Below, in pieces: positions 22,829-32,615 of a stretch of DNA of 64,000 nucleotides. The stretch covers positions 1,184,001 through 1,248,000 of the forward strand of contig OZ241993.1 of the NCBI GenBank assembly GCA_965204575.1. The letters are read 5' to 3'. A program made the translations under genes and the position numbers. Under the pieces are notes generated by a model, which did no database searches, had not been told where the DNA came from, and saw only the letters and a program-made list of their open reading frames with translations. The stretch comes from an uncultured candidatus Porisulfidus sp. (GTDB taxonomy: Bacteria > Pseudomonadota > Gammaproteobacteria > Poriferisulfidales > Poriferisulfidaceae). How positions within the stretch are numbered: position 1 is the first letter of the stretch; every line of letters starts with the position of its first letter.

Positions 22829-23548
22829 TCAGGCTTTCGCCTCCGCCGCCTTGCGCAGGTGCATCAGGTAATTGACCCGAGGACTGCCGCCGAGCCGGGC
22901 GGTGCGGGTCAGTGGATTGTAAGCGATGCCGCGGATGTCTTCCACCACCAGCCGCAGATCCCGTGCGGCCTGCGCCAGTTCGGAAGGGCGGATGAAGCGG
23001 TCGTAACGGTGCGTGCCGACCGGCAGGATCCCGGCAAGGTGCTCGGCGCCGACGATAGCCAGCATGAAAGCGGAGACGGTGCGGTTGAGCGTGGACACGA
23101 ACAGGGAGCCGCCCGGTCGCAGCAGTTGTTCGCAGTCGCCGATCAGGGCCGGGAAGTCCGGGACGTGCTCCAGCAACTCCATGCAGGTCACGATGTCGAA
23201 CGCTTCGGGGCGCTGTCCGGCAAGGGCATTTGCGTCCTGCTCCAGGTATTCGATGTCGAGCGCCTGCTCTTGGGCGTGCGCCCGGGCCTGCTCCAGCGCG
23301 GTGCCGGACAGGTCGAGGCCGGTGGCGTTCGCGCCCGCGCGGGCCAGGGATTCCGTCAGCAGGCCGCCGCCGCAGCCGATGTCGAGCACGGCCCGTCCGG
23401 ACAGTTCACAATGCTCTTCGACGTATGCAAAGCGGGCGGGGTTGATTGCGTGCAGGGCCTGCATCGGGCCCTGCGGGTCCCACCAGTCGAGGTCCGGGCG
23501 GTCGAATTGTGCGAGTTCGGCCGGGTCCTGGTTGAGTTCGGCGGTCAC
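22829..23548 (-). CDS. ubiG: Ubiquinone biosynthesis O-methyltransferase
   Basis: WWDPQG..LH.INP.R, LDIGCGGGLL.E, CMELLEHVPD, GTH.Y..FIRP.EL. Confidence 0.96.
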   Translation of the reverse strand: MTAELNQDPAELAQFDRPDLDWWDPQGPMQALHAINPARFAYVEEHCELSGRAVLDIGCGGGLLTESLARAGANATGLDLSGTALEQARAHAQEQALDIEYLEQDANALAGQRPEAFDIVTCMELLEHVPDFPALIGDCEQLLRPGGSLFVSTLNRTVSAFMLAIVGAEHLAGILPVGTHRYDRFIRPSELAQAARDLRLVVEDIRGIAYNPLTRTARLGGSPRVNYLMHLRKAAEAKA

Positions 23549-24729
23549 AGGTTCTCGATGAACTGGATCCAGCCCCTCGCTTCGGCCGCGGATTTCTTGC
23601 TCTTGCGGGCCTTCGCGAACGCCTCCAGGGCCTTCTCGAAGTCGCCTTCCTCGTAGGCGCAGACGCCGCGCAGGATCTGGAACGGGCCCGGGTCGGGCGG
23701 ACCCGTGCGCAGGCCGGCATCGGCACTCCTGATGCAGCCGCTCCAGCCCGCGTTCTGCGCGTACAGGCGTGCCAGGCGCAGCCAGTCGCGTGGCTTCTTG
23801 GTTAGTTCGGCGGCCTTCTGCAGGGGCGGATAGGCGCGGTCGTATTCACGCGCCGCCATCCAGGAGTTGCCGAGCAGCAGCCAGTTGCGCGAGGTCGGCT
23901 TGATCAGCTTGCGCTTCATCCCGTCCTCCATCACGTTCGCGGCCAGCCAGGGCGCGTTGCGCAGACGCATCAGCTGCGCCAGGCGCACCAGGTCGTCGCC
24001 GCGCTGCAGCAGCCCGTTCGAATAAGCCACGCGCATCACCGCCAGCGCCTGCGCCTCCCGGTTCCGCTCCATGTGCACCTGCGCCAGCTGCCGCCAGAAC
24101 TCGACCTTGCCGGGGAACGATTGGACCGCCTCTTCCAGCAGTTTCTGCAGGGCCGTCCAGTCGGACTGCTGCACGTAGATGGAGGCGATGAACTGGTACT
24201 GCGTGTAGGACAGCCTGTCCGACTCGTCGCGGCCCTTGTCCGCCCAGCGCCGGGCGTGTTTCAGCGCGTTCAGTTCGAGGTGGCAGGCGGCCAGCACGAA
24301 ATAAGCATTGGTCGGGACGCTCTTCGCCTCGCGGACCCAGGACTCCAGCACCCGGACTGCATCGCGATAGCGGCCGACCTGGCTGTACAGCTGGCCGAGG
24401 TTGTAGCGGATCTGGTCGATGCGCTGCTCCGGGACCGCGCTGGTCGCGAGCGCCGCCTCCATCGGCGCGATGGCCTCGCGGTAGCGCTCCAGGCCCAGCA
24501 GGAGGTCGGACTTGAGCAGCAGGACCTGCGCCCGTTCGTGGTCGCTGAGCTTGCGGTTCAGCAGGCTTTCGGTCCTGCGCAGCGCTTCGGTCTGCTTGTC
24601 CGCTTCGCGCAACTCGTAGATCTCGGTCAGCACGCGGAAGACCTTTTCGGAAAGCGTCGCGGCGGGCAGCGGCGGGCTGGCCAGCACGGCGGCGGCGAGC
24701 ACGGCGGCGAGGGCGAGGCGGCCGTTCAT
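23545..24729 (-). CDS. Periplasmic TPR protein of the TonB system (TtpD-like)
   Basis: Signal peptide and helical TPR repeats; last gene of the tonB cluster. Confidence 0.8.
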   Translation of the reverse strand: MNGRLALAAVLAAAVLASPPLPAATLSEKVFRVLTEIYELREADKQTEALRRTESLLNRKLSDHERAQVLLLKSDLLLGLERYREAIAPMEAALATSAVPEQRIDQIRYNLGQLYSQVGRYRDAVRVLESWVREAKSVPTNAYFVLAACHLELNALKHARRWADKGRDESDRLSYTQYQFIASIYVQQSDWTALQKLLEEAVQSFPGKVEFWRQLAQVHMERNREAQALAVMRVAYSNGLLQRGDDLVRLAQLMRLRNAPWLAANVMEDGMKRKLIKPTSRNWLLLGNSWMAAREYDRAYPPLQKAAELTKKPRDWLRLARLYAQNAGWSGCIRSADAGLRTGPPDPGPFQILRGVCAYEEGDFEKALEAFAKARKSKKSAAEARGWIQFIENL

Positions 24730-25352
24730 TTCTCAAGCTCGAACTTGAGCATCACGCGCACATCGGGGCGGGGCTGCACCTTGCCGTCGATCACCTGCGG
24801 CTTGTACTTCCATTTGCGCACCGCCTTCATCGCCGCGCGGCTGAACACGCCGGGCGGTTCCTCGGAGACGACCCGGACATTCTCGGTGGCGCCGGTGGTG
24901 GTGATCGTGAATGCGAGCTCGACCCAGCCCTCGATGCCGCGCCGGCTTGCCCGCGACGGGTAGACCGGGGTGACGCGCATGATCGGTAGGGGGTCGCGGG
25001 TCCCGGCCCAGCCTTTCGACAGGTCGCCGCCGGTCATCAGGTCGAGTTTGTACGGGTTGGCCGAACTGGTGGAGAACTTCATGCCGTCCGGGTTGAGGGA
25101 TTCGGACTCGCTCCGGGTCTCCGGCATCTTCGGTTTCTTCGGCTTCTGCGGCTTGTCCGGGAGCTTGCGCTGGGTCGGGGTGAGATCCCGCTTCTGCAGG
25201 CGGACGAAGTCGAAGCGCACCGAGTCCGAAGCGTCCCTGAGGCCGGCCAGGTCCGTCGCCACCAGCGAATACATCAGGGTGAACAGGGCGAAGACCGTGG
25301 CGACGGCCGCCGCCGTGATCAGGGGAATCCGCAGGAAGTCGCGGACGATCAT
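24726..25352 (-). CDS. tonB: Energy transducer TonB
   Basis: N-terminal TM, Pro/Lys linker, YP.RA.RRGIEGWV..FTI, KWKY.P. Confidence 0.93.
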   Translation of the reverse strand: MIVRDFLRIPLITAAAVATVFALFTLMYSLVATDLAGLRDASDSVRFDFVRLQKRDLTPTQRKLPDKPQKPKKPKMPETRSESESLNPDGMKFSTSSANPYKLDLMTGGDLSKGWAGTRDPLPIMRVTPVYPSRASRRGIEGWVELAFTITTTGATENVRVVSEEPPGVFSRAAMKAVRKWKYKPQVIDGKVQPRPDVRVMLKFELEK

Positions 25353-25759
25353 TGCTGATCCGGGCTCGCCGCAAGGGCGATTTTCTCCACCCCGGCCTGC
25401 CGGATCTGATCCATGACTTGCACCAGCATGTCGTTGCGGGAATCGCGGTCAGCCTGGATGACGACGCCGCCTTGGGGGTTTTCGGCCTGCAGCCGCATGA
25501 CGTGCGCGTGCACGGACCGCACGTCTACCGGCTGATGGTTGATCCAGACCTCGTCCTCGGCGGTGATGCCGATCAGGATCGTCCCCTGGCTCTGCATGAC
25601 CGCCGTATCCGCCTTCGGGCGATCGATCTCCACGCCGGACTCCTTCACGAAGGAGGCGGTGACGATGAAGAAGATCAGCATGATGAAGACGATGTCGATC
25701 AGCGGGGTGATGTCCACGCCCTGATCTTCTTCGGCTTCGCGGCGGCGGATGATTCTCAT
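25349..25759 (-). CDS. exbD: ExbD/TolR biopolymer transport protein
   Basis: DITPLIDIVFIMLIFF, V.IQAD. Confidence 0.94.
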   Translation of the reverse strand: MRIIRRREAEEDQGVDITPLIDIVFIMLIFFIVTASFVKESGVEIDRPKADTAVMQSQGTILIGITAEDEVWINHQPVDVRSVHAHVMRLQAENPQGGVVIQADRDSRNDMLVQVMDQIRQAGVEKIALAASPDQQ

Positions 25760-25786
25760 GGTGATTCCGAGGAGTGCGGCACCGGG

Positions 25787-26350
25787 TTACTTGCGCATGT
25801 GGGCCGGCAGCAGCAGGTGTTCGCGCAGGGCCGCGAGCTCGCGCCGCGCGCGGTGCTCGAACAGCGTGATGAAGTAATAGCCGGACAGGGCGATGACCAG
25901 GCCGGCGAAGGTCGGGTAGGTGGCGCGGGAGATGCCGTCGCTCAGCAGGCGCGCGCTATTGTTGCCGGTGATGGACATGGTCGAGAACACTTCGACCATG
26001 CCGGTGATGGTGCCGAGCAGGCCGAGCAGCGGGCAGATCTGCACCAGCCCCTTGATGGCCAGCATGCTGTGGTTGGCCCGGATGCGCGATTCGGACACCC
26101 ACCGCTGGCGGACCCAGAGGGCCCGGTGCGCGCTCCAGCGCGCCTCCCAGGCCAGCACCAGTTCCAGCTTGTCCGACAGGTTCCGCGCGTCTCGGCGGTG
26201 GCGGCTCGGGCCGAAGAAGAACCACAGCCGCTCGATGATGAACCACCATAGCAGGAAGGCGACGCCGAACAGGATCAGCAGCACGTCGCCGCCGGTGTAA
26301 AGCAAGGCTTCGACGTTCGAGTAGTGCTCGTAAAGCCAGGCCGGGATCAT
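25787..26350 (-). CDS. exbB: MotA/TolQ/ExbB proton channel protein
   Basis: PLLGLLGTITGM..F, GIS.A..PT..GL. Confidence 0.92.
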   Translation of the reverse strand: MIPAWLYEHYSNVEALLYTGGDVLLILFGVAFLLWWFIIERLWFFFGPSRHRRDARNLSDKLELVLAWEARWSAHRALWVRQRWVSESRIRANHSMLAIKGLVQICPLLGLLGTITGMVEVFSTMSITGNNSARLLSDGISRATYPTFAGLVIALSGYYFITLFEHRARRELAALREHLLLPAHMRK

Positions 26351-27672
26351 AGGTTCTTCGCGCGGGACAGCAGCCCGAGGCTCTGTTCCTCGATGATCTG
26401 GCGGATCCGCGTGCTGTAGGAGCGGGCCACGGTGAGCAGCAGCAGGATCGGGACCGCGGCACTGAGGCCGAGGGCGGTGGTGACCAGGGCCTGGCTGATG
26501 CCGCCGGCCATCATGCGCGGGTCGCCGGTGCCGAACAGGGTGATGGCCTGGAAGGTCTGGATCATGCCGGTCACGGTGCCGAGCAGGCCAAGCAGCGGCG
26601 CGACGGCGGCCAGCACCCGCAGCATGTTCAGGCCCCAGTTGAGCTTCGGCAACTCCTCGCTGATCGCTTCGTGCACCCGGTCCTCGCGCGCCTCCGGATC
26701 CATGTCCGCATGCTTCTGGTAGACCTGGGCGATGCGGCCGAGCGCGTTGTTCTTCTTCGGATTATCGACATCGTGCTGCTGGCTCCGAACCTGTCGCATG
26801 TGGATCGCCAGCGCGACGCTGCGGCCGATCGCGAACAGTACGCCGAACACCCCGATCACGATGATCAGGTAGCCGATCATGCCGCCCTGTTGGATCCGTT
26901 CCGTCAGGTCCGGCGCGTCCACCAGCAGCGAAAGGATGGCACCGCGCGACGGGTCGACGACGGCCCGCGTATGGCCTTCGGCCGCTTCCCCCATGTCGGT
27001 CGCGACGCCGATCAGCGAAGCCGGTGGCTGGCGGGGGAGGATGACCATGTCCCGGGCATCCTCGGTAAAGCTCAGGAACTGGCCGTCCGTCGTGGCGGTA
27101 AAGATGCCGACCCGGGTCACCGATGCGTCGATGAGCGTGCCGTCGGGCTGGGTGACCTGGGTGTCGAACCGGACGATCCGCCCCTGCTGGCTCGCCTCTT
27201 CCAAGGCGGCGTACAGCAGGTGGTTCATGTCCGCGATCGTGGCCGTGTGGTCGTCGTCCGCGATCGCATCAAGCGGCGCGATGCGGTCGGGAATCTGCGT
27301 GCTGACCAGGGACTGCAGGAAATGCCCCTTGAGTTCGCCCGCCCACAGCTTGGCGGTGGCCAGCACCTCCTTGTAGTGCACGGTGAGGGCGTCCAGCTTG
27401 TCGCGCTTGCTGATCAGGTCCTTCTCGCCCTGGGCGAAGCGCTTCTCCATGCCTCGGCTGCGCTTCTCTTCCTGGCGGATCAGGCCCTTGACCTCCTTGA
27501 GCATCGCCTCGCGCTCCTTGGCCGCGGCGCGGAACTTCGCGAGTCGTTCCTGGATCTCGTTGGTCTCCTGCACCTGGTCGGCGCGCATGCGCTTGAGCAG
27601 GTCGTCGAGCGGCGCCGCCTGTGCCGTGTGGGCGACGAGGGCGGCCAGCGCCAGTACCGCAACCCGGATCAT
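26347..27672 (-). CDS. Large ExbB-like protein with periplasmic N-terminus (TtpC-like)
   Basis: Start MIRVAVLAL at 27672 (ATGA overlap), signal peptide. C-terminal APLLGLLGTVTGMI.TFQ.ITLFGTGDP. Confidence 0.9.
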   Translation of the reverse strand: MIRVAVLALAALVAHTAQAAPLDDLLKRMRADQVQETNEIQERLAKFRAAAKEREAMLKEVKGLIRQEEKRSRGMEKRFAQGEKDLISKRDKLDALTVHYKEVLATAKLWAGELKGHFLQSLVSTQIPDRIAPLDAIADDDHTATIADMNHLLYAALEEASQQGRIVRFDTQVTQPDGTLIDASVTRVGIFTATTDGQFLSFTEDARDMVILPRQPPASLIGVATDMGEAAEGHTRAVVDPSRGAILSLLVDAPDLTERIQQGGMIGYLIIVIGVFGVLFAIGRSVALAIHMRQVRSQQHDVDNPKKNNALGRIAQVYQKHADMDPEAREDRVHEAISEELPKLNWGLNMLRVLAAVAPLLGLLGTVTGMIQTFQAITLFGTGDPRMMAGGISQALVTTALGLSAAVPILLLLTVARSYSTRIRQIIEEQSLGLLSRAKNL

Positions 27673-28457
27673 GGCGCGTCCTCCGGAGCCGGCACCGACA
27701 GCACCAGGAGATCCGGCGCAACCTGTTTCTTCGCCATGCGGACCGCTTTCTCGATGCCGTGCCGCAGCCCTTCGGTCAGTTGCCATTCCCGGGACTCGTT
27801 GTTCCACTCGTAGATGATGTTGCGGTCGGCGGACATCGCGTACAGCGCGACCCGGCCGACCCGCAGGATCGTGACCATCAGGCTCTTGCCTTCAACCTCC
27901 AGGGTGCCGGAATAGGTCTCGAGGGTGCGCCCGTAGTCGAGTTCGATCTGGTAGGCCTCGTACAGGCTCCGGTACTTGGTGGCGAGCGACAGTTCCGGGT
28001 TGTCCAGGATCCCGCGCAGGCGCTCGCGGCGATCCTGCCGTTCGGTCGCCAAAAACGGCATGTCCTGCTCGATCAGGGTGCCGAGCGCGTCGTACATGCG
28101 CTCCATCAGGGGGATCAGTTCGCGATCCATCGAGCCGGTCTTCTGGATCTGCGCGTCCAGGTTGTCGAGCAGCGCCTGCTGTTTGTCCAGCAGCGCCTGC
28201 AGTTGGCGGGTGTAGGTGCGCAGGCTTTCCAGCTCGATCAGCTTCGCCCGGTAGTCGGCGTAGGCGTCTTGCGCCGCCTCGTCGAGCTGGTCGATCTTTT
28301 CCTGGGCGCTCGCCTGCTGGACGGTCGAATTCGCGGCGAGGCGGGTGAGTGTCGACAGGTCTGCCGCCATCGCCAGCCCTCCGGCGGAGACGGCCAGAAC
28401 GCCACAGGCGAGAATCAAGCGAAACCGAGAGCGACGGCAATGATCGGGGTGAGCCAT
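27669..28457 (-). CDS. DUF3450 family protein (TtpB-like)
   Basis: GGAGG RBS, signal peptide, coiled coil, D.PFL..ER..R, EAYQIE.DYG, LRVGRV.L. Confidence 0.88.
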   Translation of the reverse strand: MAHPDHCRRSRFRLILACGVLAVSAGGLAMAADLSTLTRLAANSTVQQASAQEKIDQLDEAAQDAYADYRAKLIELESLRTYTRQLQALLDKQQALLDNLDAQIQKTGSMDRELIPLMERMYDALGTLIEQDMPFLATERQDRRERLRGILDNPELSLATKYRSLYEAYQIELDYGRTLETYSGTLEVEGKSLMVTILRVGRVALYAMSADRNIIYEWNNESREWQLTEGLRHGIEKAVRMAKKQVAPDLLVLSVPAPEDAP

Positions 28458-28526
28458 GTTCCTCCCTGCCTTGTCATGAAATTTGATTTCGTACTCTATC
28501 ACGAATTTCCCCCTCCCGAAAACGGC

Positions 28527-29153
28527 CTACAGCGCGGAGCGTTCGAGGCTCAACAACGCCAATTGCGCGACCGTCCCGCCGCCGACCAGGTCCATCTTGC
28601 GGATCTGCTGCAGGCGAGGCAGGGCGGCCTTGATCCGCTTCCTTCGGAACAGGGCGTGCAGGAGGTCGCAGGCGTCGGCGAGGCAGATCAGCGCGACTTC
28701 CTGGGGGCTGGGGATCACGTCCTCGGAGAACAGGACCCTTTCGATGCGCTCCCGGGCGTCGGTCGGGCCGGCGTCGCCGACCAGCCGGTAGCGCGGGGAC
28801 CGGGACGCCCCCTGGCGTTCCAGGATGCCTTGCCCGATCAGGCTTTCGACGGCGCCGTCCCGGATCGCGTCCCCCATCGTCGGCGACAGCATCTGGAGCC
28901 AGTCCCAGAGATCCCGGGACTTCTCGCTGTTCGCGATCTCCTCGAGCAAGGGGTCGAGGAAGGCCTTGCCCGTGGGCGTCGGGTCGACCACCCCCAGGTG
29001 TTCGAGGTCGGTGTCGATGCGGTCGGTCAATTCCAGGTCGAGCAGGGCGGAGCCGACCAGGGTGTGGCGCAGGATCTCCGCGCTGTGCTTCCGGAACCGC
29101 CCGCCGTAATTCTGCAACACGAGCAGCAGCAGGTCTTCGGTGACAGTCAACAT
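28527..29153 (-). CDS. GPP34 / GOLPH3-Vps74 family protein
   Basis: MLT..E.LLLL, L.G..LLDL.L..RI, DPTPTG...LD..L..I, L..QGIL. Confidence 0.8.
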   Translation of the reverse strand: MLTVTEDLLLLVLQNYGGRFRKHSAEILRHTLVGSALLDLELTDRIDTDLEHLGVVDPTPTGKAFLDPLLEEIANSEKSRDLWDWLQMLSPTMGDAIRDGAVESLIGQGILERQGASRSPRYRLVGDAGPTDARERIERVLFSEDVIPSPQEVALICLADACDLLHALFRRKRIKAALPRLQQIRKMDLVGGGTVAQLALLSLERSAL

Positions 29154-29215
29154 GAGCGGCAGTCCGGGTTCGCACCGCCCATTCTAATGCAGGGCCGTTT
29201 CGACCCGGTCACGGT

Positions 29216-31027
29216 TCAGTCCTGGGTGCGGTAGCGCGGTGCGGTGGCGCCGCGTTCCGGCTCCGGCGCGGGCAGGGGACGGCCGCCGGTGAAGCGGGCC
29301 CAGTCGAGGGTGCGGAACACCCGGCGCTCCTGGCGCAGCGACAACCCGCCGGTCCAGCCGTCGAGCGCGGCCTCCGGATAGGCCTTGAGGTAGTCCAGGT
29401 TCATCGCCAGCAGGTAGGCGTCGGCGCCGAGCGCGGCGAAGCGGGGCAGCCGCCGCGCGGCCAGGGTCTGGTCCAGCTTTGCCCGCAACTGGTCGTCCAG
29501 CACCAGCGGGATGTCGCAGAACAGGGTGCCCTCGAGGTCCTGGTCCTGCAGCGGGCTCGGGGTGCCGGTGTAGATGTGCGAGGTGGCGTACAGCGGCAGG
29601 TCGCCGGCGTAGTAGAAGTCGAGCTGCGGCTTGAACAGGCGGGCGTTGCGCGGCGAGGAGGCCAGGAACACCATGTCGATGTCCTGCCGGCGGGTCGGAC
29701 GGGAGATCACCTCCCGGCCCAGCACTTCCTCCAGCTTCTGCCGGCGCATCTCGCCTTCGGAAAGTTTCAGGATGTCCTTGATCTTGGCCGCGTGGTCGGA
29801 GGCGTTGGCAAAGTAGAAGCCGTGCCCGCGGACGGTTCCGCCGCCGGCCTCGAAGCGTTCGGTGAATGCCCGGTCCAGACGTTGCCCCCAGGTGCCGGCG
29901 GGCGCGAACACGACCGCGGCGCGGCGGCCTTCGGCCAGCGCGCGCTCGGCGGCCTGGGCGGCCTCGTCCTCCGGCAGCAGGCCGAACTGGTAAAGCATGC
30001 CGGGTGCCTTGGAGTGGGCGTCCAGGTAGTTGAGGCTGATGGTGTCGACCGGCAGTTTCCCGGTTCGCACCAGCCGCGTGACCGCGTCCTTGTCGAACGG
30101 GCCGATGATTCGCTGGGCGCCGTCCTCGACGGCCTGCCGGTACAGGTCGGTCGGGGTCTGCGACGGGTCTCCGGTGTCGTAGATGCGCAACTCGGGCGCG
30201 TTGCCGCCGTGCTGTTGTATGCCGGTCTCGATGCCGATGCGGATGGCGCGGCCGATCGGCGCGAAATCCCCGCTGACCGGAATCAGCGCGGCCAGTTTTT
30301 GAAGGTCCGGCTCCAGCCGCTCGAACGCCGCGGAGAGGGCGGGCAGCCAGCGGAACGCCGGGTGCCCTTCATGGCGCTGTTTCCATTCCTCGAGTTTCGT
30401 CTTCGGCGAGATGCCGCGGGGTGCATCGGGGCGCGCGAGCAATGCCAGTTCCAGCCAGCCCTGCCAGGTCGCGTCGCCGGTGCGGTCCCGCCAGGCCTCC
30501 AGGTTGGTGCGGGACGTCGCGAGCAGCTTGCCCCAGGCTTGGCGGTGCTGCGCGTCGCGCTCGCCGGCGTTGCCGGGTCGCGCCGCGAGGCTCAGCCGGA
30601 CCCGCAGGGTGTTTTCGGGATCGCCCAACTGGTCGTAGACCTGGGCGCGCAACTCGAGCACGGGGCCGCTGTCGGGCAGGGTCGACAGTGCGGTCAGCGC
30701 GGCGAGTTCTTCGCCGCCGTGCAGCAGGGCCTGCGCCTGGATCAGCCGCAACTGGCCCCGTTGGGCGGGGTCGAGGGCGGAGGCGTCGAATTCGGGCAGC
30801 CACGCCGAGACCGCGATCCATCGGTCGAGGCCGGCCCACTGGTGAAGCAGTTCGAACTGCTTCAGCGCGCGTTCTGCCTCGGGCCACTCGCGCGTGCGTT
30901 CCCAGGCCTGGTCCGGCGGCAGGGCCAGGACTTCGTCCCAGGAGGGCGCTTCGTCGGGCGGCAGGGCGACCGGGCAGCCGGCGAGCCAGACGGCGGCCAG
31001 GAGGATCGGGAGAAGGCGCGAAGACAT
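29216..31027 (-). CDS. lpoA: Penicillin-binding protein activator LpoA/LppC lipoprotein
   Basis: Lipobox LAGC; GWLELA, LIP.SG, IIGP..K, FGL.PEDEA, RR.D.D, ALGADAY. Divergent from rsmI. Confidence 0.9.
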   Translation of the reverse strand: MSSRLLPILLAAVWLAGCPVALPPDEAPSWDEVLALPPDQAWERTREWPEAERALKQFELLHQWAGLDRWIAVSAWLPEFDASALDPAQRGQLRLIQAQALLHGGEELAALTALSTLPDSGPVLELRAQVYDQLGDPENTLRVRLSLAARPGNAGERDAQHRQAWGKLLATSRTNLEAWRDRTGDATWQGWLELALLARPDAPRGISPKTKLEEWKQRHEGHPAFRWLPALSAAFERLEPDLQKLAALIPVSGDFAPIGRAIRIGIETGIQQHGGNAPELRIYDTGDPSQTPTDLYRQAVEDGAQRIIGPFDKDAVTRLVRTGKLPVDTISLNYLDAHSKAPGMLYQFGLLPEDEAAQAAERALAEGRRAAVVFAPAGTWGQRLDRAFTERFEAGGGTVRGHGFYFANASDHAAKIKDILKLSEGEMRRQKLEEVLGREVISRPTRRQDIDMVFLASSPRNARLFKPQLDFYYAGDLPLYATSHIYTGTPSPLQDQDLEGTLFCDIPLVLDDQLRAKLDQTLAARRLPRFAALGADAYLLAMNLDYLKAYPEAALDGWTGGLSLRQERRVFRTLDWARFTGGRPLPAPEPERGATAPRYRTQD

Positions 31028-31132
31028 GGCTTTACGGGAAAGCCCCTATTGTAAGGGCTGGGTTCCCCGCCCGGCGGGGGAGCCGGTATGATGAGGTGCG
31101 GCGCCGTGCCCGGCGCCGGAGGACAAGCCCGT

Positions 31133-31975
31133 ATGCCAGACTGGACCGCCGAGCCTTCGACCCTGTACGTGGTGGCGACGCCGATCGGCAACCTGGCCGA
31201 CCTGAGCGCCCGGGCCCGCGACGTGCTGGGCTCGGCGACCTGGGTCGCGGCGGAGGACACCCGGCGCACCCGCAAGCTGATGGCGCACCTGGGATCGGCG
31301 GCAAGCCTGCGCAGCCTGCACCGCGGCAACGAGGCGCGCACGACCTCCGCGCTGATCCGGTCCCTGCGTTCGGGCGCATCGGGCGCGCTGGTGTCGGATG
31401 CGGGCACGCCGCTGGTCAGCGATCCCGGCCGGCGGCTGGTGGAGGCCGCGCTTCGGGAGGGGCTCGCGGTGGTGCCGCTGCCGGGGCCGTGCGCGGTGGT
31501 GGCGGCCCTGTCGGTCGCCGGGCTGGATGCCGCGCGGTTTGTGTTCGAGGGGTTCCTGCCGGCCCGCGCGCCGGCGCGGCGCCGGCGGCTCGCGGAGCTG
31601 GCCGGCGAGACGCGCACCTGGGCGGTGTTTGAGGCGCCGCACCGGATTCGGGCACTGGCACAGGCTATTAAAGCGGAGCTGGGAGCGGGCCGGCAGGTGG
31701 TCTGGGTGCGGGAACTGTCCAAGCAGCACGAACAGGTTTGGCGCGGACCGGTGGAAGAACTGGACCCGGAACGCATCCCCGAGCTTGGCGAGTTCGTGGT
31801 GGTGGTCGAGGGCGCGAGAGAAGAGGCGGGCGTTCCGGACGAGATTCTGGACGAATTCCTCGGGCCATTGCTCGAAGCGGGCATCGGGGTGCGCACGGCG
31901 GCTGCCCTGGCACGGGACTGCCTGGGCGCGGCGCACAAGGCGGCGTACGCCCGCGCACTGGCGCTGAAGCGCTGA
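31133..31975 (+). CDS. rsmI: 16S rRNA (C1402-2'-O)-methyltransferase
   Basis: LYVVATPIGNL.D, AEDTR, VSDAGTP.VSDPG, FEGFLP, RELSK. GGAGG RBS before ATG 31133. Confidence 0.96.
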   Translation: MPDWTAEPSTLYVVATPIGNLADLSARARDVLGSATWVAAEDTRRTRKLMAHLGSAASLRSLHRGNEARTTSALIRSLRSGASGALVSDAGTPLVSDPGRRLVEAALREGLAVVPLPGPCAVVAALSVAGLDAARFVFEGFLPARAPARRRRLAELAGETRTWAVFEAPHRIRALAQAIKAELGAGRQVVWVRELSKQHEQVWRGPVEELDPERIPELGEFVVVVEGAREEAGVPDEILDEFLGPLLEAGIGVRTAAALARDCLGAAHKAAYARALALKR

Positions 31976-31997
31976 CCGGCAGGGAGTATGATGGGCA

Positions 31998-32334
31998 GGG
32001 AAGCGGGCCGGGCAGCCGCTGCCTTGTGCGGAGGAAAGTCCGGGCTCCACGGGACGGGATGCCAGGTAACGCCTGGGGGGCGCAAGCCCACGGCCAGTGC
32101 CACAGAAAAGATACCGCCGGACTCGTCCGGTAAGGGTGAAAAGGTGCGGTAAGAGCGCACCGCGCGGCTGGCAACAGACGCGGCAGGGTAAACCCCATCC
32201 GGAGCAAGACCCAATAGGGGGGCGATCATGATGTCCTGCATGGCTCCCGGGTAGGTCGCTAGAGCGGGGCGGCGACGCCTCGCCCAGATGAATGGCTGCC
32301 CTCGACAGAACCCGGCTTACAGGCCCGCTTCCCC
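31998..32334 (+). ncRNA. rnpB: RNase P RNA (class A)
   Basis: GAGGAAAGTCCGGGCTCC, AGTGCCACAGAAA, GGTAAACCCC, ACAGAACCCGGCTTA; P1 ends ggaagcgggcc/ggcccgcttcc; TATGAT -10 at 31987. Confidence 0.97.
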
Positions 32335-32534
32335 CATCTCCCGGCTTTTCATGCAGTTGGGACGCCAATCGAAAGTTTTTCCATGCCGGCCCCGGCGGGC
32401 ATAAAGTGGGAATTTCCGCCTGGAATCCGCCCTGGCCCGCGCTCGATATTTCAGAAAATTGACGGATAATGAACCAATAAAATATTTATATTACATACAC
32501 TTGTCTCATAACCCTTAACTCTTTCAAGGCATGG

Positions 32535-32588
32535 TTGACTTGTATCTTTGGGATGGAATAAAATGGAAATAACTAGAAATTAGTGGAA
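32535..32588 (+). promoter_or_regulatory. dcw promoter with MraZ-type direct repeats
   Basis: TTGACT (32535)-N18-TAAAAT (32559). TGGAA/TAGAA at an exact 10-bp period (32554, 32564, 32574, 32584). Confidence 0.75.
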
Positions 32589-32615
32589 GAATCCACTTCT
32601 GGGAGGGCCGGGGCA

